Assembly: GCA_002309835.1 (NCBI GenBank)
Contig: DBYL01000019.1
Coordinates: forward strand, 5,937-69,936
DNA: 64,000 bases
Source of the DNA: Bacteroidales bacterium UBA1187
GTDB lineage: Bacteria; Bacteroidota; Bacteroidia; Bacteroidales; Paludibacteraceae
Direction: 5' to 3'
The translations under genes were made by a program, and so were the position numbers. Of the stretch, positions 56,763 to 62,975 are shown piece by piece (position 1 is the stretch's first letter; each line of letters begins with the position of its first letter). The notes below the pieces were generated by a model that saw only the letters and a program-made list of their open reading frames with translations, was not told where the DNA came from and searched no databases.

Positions 56763-57455
56763 ATGAAAAACATATTAGCAAAATTCACAGGTGCCACTGA
56801 GGTGTCTGATATTGAGGGAAAAGAGGTAATTCTTAATCAACAGTTTTGTGAGATGGCAAAAGAATTGCTTTATGGTGGCTATTTTTTGGTAGATGAGAAA
56901 AAGAAAATCTATCTGGATGATATTGAATTTTACTATCATGAAGAAGGAGACGGTAGATTAAAAGATCCGATAATGTATCATACTAATGACCATGAAGGAA
57001 AGGAACTGCCATATTATGGACTCGGAAGGTTGAATTTGCACATTTCAGGTATAGACGTTACCTTTGAGAATGAAGAAAAACATTATCGTGCATCTTTCCT
57101 CATCCGTGGTTTTCATGTGAATGAAGGGGAATACGATGATTGTTCAACCCATATATATGACGAGTTACTATATATGGGAGTCCCATTTGATAAATCCATA
57201 GAAATAGAATGGATAAATATGGATTTGCCAGGAAAAGAGAACTATCGACCAAAAGAAGGAGAACGACGTTATAACGTACCAGCAGAAGAGCACTTTAAAA
57301 TAAACGCGAAAGGCAAGTATGAAAAATATACGCAAATAACAACAATTCCTTCGCTCGAGGCTAAAGAATACTTTAAAGCATCTAATAAGGTATATAAACG
57401 CTGCGATCGTCCATGGCGTTTTTATAAACCAGGATTACCTATGAAAAAAATCTAA
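56763..57455 (+). CDS. Divergent AAG/Mpg-like (3-methyladenine DNA glycosylase fold) protein, tentative
   Basis: Start set at ATG 56763. Ordered resemblance to recalled AAG/Mpg blocks: ELLYGGYFLV (LLG..LV), DDIEFYYH...DPIMYH (ETEAY..D.A.H), YRASFLIRG (AVLLRA) and the C-terminal RPWRFYKPGLP (KPLRFYVRGSP). Low overall identity; not verified. Confidence 0.45.
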   Translation: MKNILAKFTGATEVSDIEGKEVILNQQFCEMAKELLYGGYFLVDEKKKIYLDDIEFYYHEEGDGRLKDPIMYHTNDHEGKELPYYGLGRLNLHISGIDVTFENEEKHYRASFLIRGFHVNEGEYDDCSTHIYDELLYMGVPFDKSIEIEWINMDLPGKENYRPKEGERRYNVPAEEHFKINAKGKYEKYTQITTIPSLEAKEYFKASNKVYKRCDRPWRFYKPGLPMKKI

Positions 57456-57458
57456 TCA

Positions 57459-57481
57459 AGAGGACTCAGTCCTCTTTTTTT
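57459..57481 (+). terminator. Intrinsic terminator after the AAG-like gene
   Basis: AGAGGAC-tca-GTCCTCT followed by TTTTTT, 4 nt after the stop codon. Confidence 0.75.
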
Positions 57482-57529
57482 ATGCTTAATAACTACTCCT
57501 AAACTTTTAACAAACTTTAATATAAAATT

Positions 57530-57561
57530 TTTGGAATCCTCCGAAAAAGCATATACCTTTG
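57530..57561 (+). promoter_or_regulatory. Bacteroidota-type promoter for the deiminase-like unit
   Basis: tTTTGgaatcctccgaaaaagcataTAccTTTG, with a 20-nt spacer. Confidence 0.6.
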
Positions 57562-57609
57562 CGCCGAAAAGTTAAATAACTTATTTATTAACAATTAATT
57601 GCAAAGAAT

Positions 57610-59082
57610 ATGATACATGATTCACAGACTGATTTAGTCTTTCTTCCGAAAGCTCTTCGTCTTCATTTTCCTCGCCTTTACAAAAGCCTCATCGCAGCGC
57701 TTGAATTAACACACGTCAAGTATCGGGAGATTCCTTACACAGATTCTAAAACTCGTTTATGGGTGCGCGACTGGATGCCGATTTTGGTTGACAAAACCGG
57801 CAGTATGGAACAATTGGAATACGACCCTGACTACTTGCGTGCACCGCGCTACGCCAAGTATAAACCAGACATGGTCTATATATTGGACGAAATGGGTATC
57901 ACTCCTTTTCATAATAACATCATCGTGGACGGAGGAAATATTCTATCGGACAAGAAAGGTCGCGTGTATATGACGGATAAAGTCTTCTTGGAGAACGCAC
58001 ATATACCACGTGAGCAACTCATTAACTACCTTAAACAAATTCTCAACACACGCTCCATCCATTTCCTGCATTGGGACAAATCCGATATGTATGGTCACGT
58101 GGACGGAATGATGGCTATTACGGATGATGGCACGCCTATTACCGACCTTAGTTGGGAATACCTCAATTTCCTGCGCGTAGGCAATAAAATATTCATGGCG
58201 CAACTCGGCAAACCATCCGATGCACCTGCCTTCAAACGTATTCAAGAGGCTTTTCCTCACTGTATCGTATATCCGATTCAGCATGTGCAATCCCTCACTC
58301 GGCTTGGCGGAGGACTACATTGCGCTACTTGGAACACCGTTGAAAAATGTTATCAAAACGCAAAAGTTTTCAAACCATCCAAACGTCATCCGTTTAACCC
58401 ATTTACGTCAGATGCCATGTCTGACGAGCGCCTGCGCGCGGTCGTTGAATATTCTCACGGACAGCCTTTAGAGGATAGCGAATGGGATGCCCTATTAAAT
58501 GCTTTTTATACATGGAGCGGAGAATGGTTAAATTCTGAACTCTCCTATCGTGAAATGGTGAAGTCTATTTACGCAACCTTATCCGAACAGCAGCTTCCGT
58601 TCTTCGAAGACCATGATTTCGTAGAAACCCTTTGCAATCATCTCTATAGCTACCTTATTGACATCCCAAAACTTTTTATTCTGGAAAATAGCAAATGGGA
58701 CTCCGGTTGTATCTATTATCCAACTGTTCATTTCAAGGACACAGATGCTTTGCTTACATCTTTCGAAATGAAGTTTGGATACCGTGAAATGAGTTATCTT
58801 GAGGAAATGATAATAACCGAAACGGTTGAAGAAGAAGCGAAGAAGACCGTTAACCGCGAAAAAGGCATTGTATATGTGCTCTATTACAAGAACGACAAGC
58901 GTCGCGTTTGTCCTCATAGATACACCTTTACAGCCTGCAAAGGCGATACGCACATTAAAGTTATCATGTATTGGGATTCACCTATTACCAACCTGCCCAT
59001 CTCCAAATATGCTCAACAAGCATGCTTCGATATTTCGTTCTTTGAAAATTGTGTAAAAGATGATTCCAACATGCCATTTTAA
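57610..59082 (+). CDS. Agmatine-deiminase/PAD-like (guanidino-group modifying enzyme) domain fused to an unknown C-terminal domain
   Basis: Residues 1-245 carry the GME catalytic set in order: WVRDWMP, VDGGN, GHVDG and GGGLHCATWN (Cys codon at 58321-58323). Residues 246-490 (58345-59079) have no motif I recognise. Confidence 0.65.
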   Translation: MIHDSQTDLVFLPKALRLHFPRLYKSLIAALELTHVKYREIPYTDSKTRLWVRDWMPILVDKTGSMEQLEYDPDYLRAPRYAKYKPDMVYILDEMGITPFHNNIIVDGGNILSDKKGRVYMTDKVFLENAHIPREQLINYLKQILNTRSIHFLHWDKSDMYGHVDGMMAITDDGTPITDLSWEYLNFLRVGNKIFMAQLGKPSDAPAFKRIQEAFPHCIVYPIQHVQSLTRLGGGLHCATWNTVEKCYQNAKVFKPSKRHPFNPFTSDAMSDERLRAVVEYSHGQPLEDSEWDALLNAFYTWSGEWLNSELSYREMVKSIYATLSEQQLPFFEDHDFVETLCNHLYSYLIDIPKLFILENSKWDSGCIYYPTVHFKDTDALLTSFEMKFGYREMSYLEEMIITETVEEEAKKTVNREKGIVYVLYYKNDKRRVCPHRYTFTACKGDTHIKVIMYWDSPITNLPISKYAQQACFDISFFENCVKDDSNMPF

Positions 59083-59083
59083 T

Positions 59084-59263
59084 ATGAAACCCGAATACGT
59101 TGATGAAATGAGCCTCGACGAAGTGACCGCCATCAAACACAAAGCCGCGTGTGTTTGGAAATTAGTAGGCAGCAATTATTCAAAAGAGCAATTAGACAAA
59201 TATTGTTCTCTTTATGGCATCACACCCGAACAAGCACTCCAATGGAAATACTATTGGTTATAA
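59084..59263 (+). CDS. Small hypothetical protein (59 aa)
   Basis: ATG lies 2 nt after the preceding stop (MKPEYVDEMSLDEV...). Helical-looking and Trp/Tyr-rich at the C-terminus. The ORF-track start at 59060 overlaps the previous gene. Confidence 0.35.
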   Translation: MKPEYVDEMSLDEVTAIKHKAACVWKLVGSNYSKEQLDKYCSLYGITPEQALQWKYYWL

Positions 59264-59318
59264 ACACAAATCACAATTAAAACCGACGGGGCGATGGGAT
59301 ATAACAGCCGCAAAATGT

Positions 59319-59969
59319 ATGAAAAAGTTACTTTCAATTTTAATCGTAATGATGTCGCTTTCAGCGATTTGTAATGCCGAAGAATATAATTTTGAGGATT
59401 ATATTTATCCCTTTGGCAATCGGACATTTAACACCTTGGACGCTAACGGAAAAACGATTTCCATGAGTGAATATAGCTTCCAATCCGAGTATTATGACAA
59501 TTATATTGTCGAAGAAGTGTATATCGGCATGGGAATGCAGTCCGCAACAAATTATTATCGCTATCGTATAGTAGATAATGCCGTTGTTTCCGACCTTCAA
59601 ATCATGCGGAATAAGTTAACCGGAAGCACCAAATATCAAGACAAAAGAACGCTTTTTGCTTTCCCGGGTGAAGACAAACCCTATACATGGTCTGAAACAG
59701 AAAAAGACCAGAAAATAGACGGCAAATCCGAATATGTTTTCGTCATGTTCTTGGGGGCAAAAGTAAAAGCCGTAAAAATTACGGAGAACATTACTTACAT
59801 TGTGAATAATGTGAAGCACAAGCACCAAAGGAAAAGTTATTGGATAGAAGGTTACGGACGAGTGGTCACGTACTATCGCATGGAAGACGGTAAAGAGCGT
59901 ATTCAGTCTATCGCCGAAATGCCTGTTGCATTTTACGGCGTAACCGAGATTTCTTCTCCGGCAAAGTAA
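59319..59969 (+). CDS. Exported hypothetical protein (216 aa)
   Basis: Start moved to ATG 59319, giving a clean signal peptide MKKLLSILIVMMSLSAICNA|EE. Beta-rich, Tyr-rich sequence with no known motif. Confidence 0.5.
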   Translation: MKKLLSILIVMMSLSAICNAEEYNFEDYIYPFGNRTFNTLDANGKTISMSEYSFQSEYYDNYIVEEVYIGMGMQSATNYYRYRIVDNAVVSDLQIMRNKLTGSTKYQDKRTLFAFPGEDKPYTWSETEKDQKIDGKSEYVFVMFLGAKVKAVKITENITYIVNNVKHKHQRKSYWIEGYGRVVTYYRMEDGKERIQSIAEMPVAFYGVTEISSPAK

Positions 59970-60219
59970 ACGCAAAATAGACATTATTGTATATAGGTTT
60001 CATAGGGATTGCCTCCGAGATTACCCCGTAATAACCCCGACTCGATTCTCTCTCGATTCTGTCTCGCCAGTCTGATTTTGATATATAATCCTGCAATCGG
60101 CGGCGGGTGCGCATAAGGGTAAGTGTTGAGGCGGATGCAGGGCGGAACGTATCATCCTATACCCTATATATACTTTAGTATATATCCCGTGATTTTGAAA
60201 TATTTATATTTGCAAATTA

Positions 60220-60235
60220 TTTGCATATATGCAAA
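60220..60235. repeat. 16-nt perfect palindrome TTTGCATATATGCAAA (copy 1)
   Basis: Self-complementary 16-mer, preceded by the 8-nt palindrome TTTGCAAA at 60209-60216. Confidence 0.8.
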
Positions 60236-60251
60236 ATTTTTCGTACCTTTG
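60220..60251 (+). promoter_or_regulatory. Bacteroidota-type promoter for the gtrA-like gene
   Basis: aTTTGcatatatgcaaaatttttcgTAccTTTG, with a 20-nt spacer. The -33 region is part of the 16-nt palindrome TTTGCATATATGCAAA. Confidence 0.6.
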
Positions 60252-60269
60252 CAGCCGCAAAAGTAAAAG

Positions 60270-60779
60270 ATGAACCGATTAGCGCAGATAATAACCAAAA
60301 TCATCGATTTTTTCTATCCTCCCTTCCGCAAAGTCATGTCGGAGCAGCTCTTCCGTTATGCGGCCTGCGGCGGCGGAAACATGGTGCTTGATTGGGTGCT
60401 CTATTTCTTGATTTATAACTTTGTTATAGGTCATGATTTGGTATACATTACCCTTCCCTTCAGGGAGGGGACAGGGGTAGGCTTATGCCTCACCCCTCAT
60501 ATCGCTACTCTTTGTATCGTCTTCCCCATCACTCTGCTCACCGGTTTCTGGCTTCAGAAATATGTCACTTTCACCGCTTCCCAACTCAACGGTTGGCGGC
60601 AATTCTTCCGTTACGTCACTATCGTAGCGCTCAATCTTGCGGTGAACTATTTCGGCCTCAAACTGTGCGTTGAAGTATGGGGTTGGTATCCGACGCCGAG
60701 TAAGATGGTGATCACCTTAATCACGGTAGCCATCAGCTATTTAGGACAAAAATACTACTCTTTTCGAGTAAAAAAGTAA
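60270..60779 (+). CDS. GtrA-family membrane protein
   Basis: 169 aa with four TM segments. The N-terminal block LFRYAACGGGNMVLDWVLYFLIY is typical of GtrA-like proteins. Confidence 0.6.
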   Translation: MNRLAQIITKIIDFFYPPFRKVMSEQLFRYAACGGGNMVLDWVLYFLIYNFVIGHDLVYITLPFREGTGVGLCLTPHIATLCIVFPITLLTGFWLQKYVTFTASQLNGWRQFFRYVTIVALNLAVNYFGLKLCVEVWGWYPTPSKMVITLITVAISYLGQKYYSFRVKK

Positions 60780-60784
60780 AAATA

Positions 60785-60800
60785 TTTGCATATATGCAAA
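60785..60800. repeat. 16-nt perfect palindrome TTTGCATATATGCAAA (copy 2)
   Basis: Identical to the copy at 60220-60235. Both overlap a -33 element. Confidence 0.8.
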
Positions 60801-60816
60801 AAAAAATGTAACTTTG
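60785..60816 (+). promoter_or_regulatory. Bacteroidota-type promoter for the 60843 gene (and probably fba)
   Basis: aTTTGcatatatgcaaaaaaaaatgTAacTTTG, with a 20-nt spacer. It carries the same 16-nt palindrome as at 60220. Confidence 0.6.
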
Positions 60817-60842
60817 CAGCGTAATTTTAAAATTATATAACC

Positions 60843-61931
60843 ATGTTACACACCTTATGCTCCAACCTCCATACAGAGGTATCCGGTATGCCTTTCAAGG
60901 TAGCGGATTCGTTTCTCAATGAAAATCAAGTGATTGCGGTTCTTTCCGGAGGAACGGAAGCGCAGTTCATAGATCTAATCAGACAGAAGAAGATTGACCT
61001 CAAGCGCCCTGTTTATCTGATGGTCAGCGAGTATAGCAACTCGTTGCCTGCAGCGCTGGAGATCCTGAGTTTCATCCGTCAGCGTGACGGCTTGGCGAAG
61101 ATCATGCAGAATGCCGCTGATACAGCCTTCCCGGATCCGAGTGAGACTGACTCGTTGACGCGCGTGCCGCTGGCTAAAGTGCTGAAGAACGAGAAGAAGT
61201 TGCGTCTGGGTGTAATAGGTATGCCTTCCGACTGGCTCATCGCTTCGAGTGTGGATTACAAAGAGGTGCTCAAAGAGATGAACTGCGAGTTGATAGATAT
61301 CCCATTCACGGAGCTCTCTAGCCTTGGCGAAGTAGACCCGGGAATGAAGGGTGCTGAGGCTATCTACGAGCGCCTCAAAGAGATCATCGCAAAGAATAAA
61401 CTGGACGGAATCACCGTGCGTTGCTTTGACCTCTTCAAGACCGTTAAGAATACCGGTTGTATCGCTATCAGCAAACTCAATGACGAGGGTATTCCTGCCG
61501 GCTGCGAGAGCGATATCCCTGTGCTGCTGACGAAGATCGCTTGTAAGCAACTGACTGGCGAACTTGGCTTTATGGGCAACCCTGCGCGTATCCAACCGGA
61601 TGGCCAGATCTTGCTGGCGAAATGTACTATTCCGTTGAGCATGACCGAGAACCATGAGTTCACCACGCATTTCGAATCGGGTATCGGTGTCGCCATTCAT
61701 GGCGAAGTACCTGCTGGTGACTACACATTGGTAAAACTCAGCCACGACATGAAGCGTCTCTTGGCGGTTAATGTTACCGTTACGCACTGCCAGTATGAGA
61801 AGAACATGTGCCGCACGCAAATATGGATCCAAACGACGCCAATCGTAAGCCAGTACTTGCTTACCTCGCCGATTGCGAACCACCATATTCTCATCAAGGG
61901 CCATCATGCCGCTAAATTCTGGAGAGACTAA
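60843..61931 (+). CDS. Hypothetical cytoplasmic protein (362 aa), possibly sugar-isomerase-like
   Basis: Long ORF with normal composition, 27 nt after the predicted promoter -7 box. No motif I can name with confidence. The antisense 310-aa ORF is a shadow. Confidence 0.5.
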   Translation: MLHTLCSNLHTEVSGMPFKVADSFLNENQVIAVLSGGTEAQFIDLIRQKKIDLKRPVYLMVSEYSNSLPAALEILSFIRQRDGLAKIMQNAADTAFPDPSETDSLTRVPLAKVLKNEKKLRLGVIGMPSDWLIASSVDYKEVLKEMNCELIDIPFTELSSLGEVDPGMKGAEAIYERLKEIIAKNKLDGITVRCFDLFKTVKNTGCIAISKLNDEGIPAGCESDIPVLLTKIACKQLTGELGFMGNPARIQPDGQILLAKCTIPLSMTENHEFTTHFESGIGVAIHGEVPAGDYTLVKLSHDMKRLLAVNVTVTHCQYEKNMCRTQIWIQTTPIVSQYLLTSPIANHHILIKGHHAAKFWRD

Positions 61932-61974
61932 AAATCACAAATCATCAATCACAAATAAATTTTAATTTTTCATT

Positions 61975-62973
61975 ATGGTAAGTTATAAGGAATTAGGCCT
62001 TGTGAACACCCGTGAGATGTTTGCTAAGGCTATCAAGGGTGGCTATGCTATCCCCGCTTTCAATTTCAACAACATGGAGCAGCTCCAGGCTATCATCAAA
62101 GCCGCTGCTGAGACTAAGTCTCCGGTTATTCTTCAGGTGTCCAAAGGTGCGCGTAACTATGCGAACCAGACCCTTCTCCGTTACATGGCTCAAGGTGCTG
62201 TAGAGTACGCTAAAGAGCTGGGTTGGGAGAAACCGCAGATCGTGCTGCACCTCGACCACGGAGATAGCTTCGAGCTCTGCAAGAGCTGCGTGGACTTCGG
62301 TTTCTCGAGTGTCATGATCGATGCTTCTGCGCTGCCTTATGAGGAGAATATCGCCCTCACCAAGAAAGTTGTTGAGTACGCTCATCAGTTTGATGTAACC
62401 GTTGAGGCTGAGCTCGGCGTTCTCGCCGGTGTAGAGGATGAGGTTTCCTCTGCTGTCAGCCATTATACCAAGCCGGAAGAGGTAGTTGACTTCGCTACCC
62501 GTACGGGCTGCGATAGCCTTGCTATCTCCATTGGTACCAGCCACGGTGCTTATAAGTTCACTCCGGAGCAGTGTACGCGTGACCCGAAGACCGGTAAACT
62601 CGTGCCTCCTCCATTGGCTTTCGACGTGCTTGACGCTATCATGGAGCAGCTTCCTGGCTTCCCGATCGTTCTCCACGGCTCGTCTTCCGTTCCGCAGGAG
62701 TACGTAGATATCATCAATCATTTCGGTGGCAAACTGCCTGACGCAGTAGGTATTCCTGAGGAGCAACTCCGTAAGGCTTCCGAGAGCGCTGTTTGCAAGA
62801 TCAACATCGACTCTGATAGCCGTCTGGCCTTCACCGCTGCTGTGCGCAAAGTGCTGGCTGAGAAACCGGGTGAGTTCGATCCGCGTAAATACTGCGGCGT
62901 AGCTCGTGACTACATGGAGGATCTGTATAAGCATAAGATCATCGACGTGCTTGGTTCGGACGGAAAGGCATAA
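61975..62973 (+). CDS. fba: Class II fructose-1,6-bisphosphate aldolase
   Basis: YAIPAFNFNN, LHLDHG and VLHGSSSVP motifs. 332 aa. Confidence 0.9.
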   Translation: MVSYKELGLVNTREMFAKAIKGGYAIPAFNFNNMEQLQAIIKAAAETKSPVILQVSKGARNYANQTLLRYMAQGAVEYAKELGWEKPQIVLHLDHGDSFELCKSCVDFGFSSVMIDASALPYEENIALTKKVVEYAHQFDVTVEAELGVLAGVEDEVSSAVSHYTKPEEVVDFATRTGCDSLAISIGTSHGAYKFTPEQCTRDPKTGKLVPPPLAFDVLDAIMEQLPGFPIVLHGSSSVPQEYVDIINHFGGKLPDAVGIPEEQLRKASESAVCKINIDSDSRLAFTAAVRKVLAEKPGEFDPRKYCGVARDYMEDLYKHKIIDVLGSDGKA

Positions 62974-62975
62974 GT

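Noticed and set aside
60105-60160. GTGCG...-containing GC-rich stretch, considered as a group II intron 5' end or RNA gene remnant
   Set aside because: It is far too short. No domain V-like hairpin or intron-encoded ORF lies nearby, and the match is limited to the pentamer.
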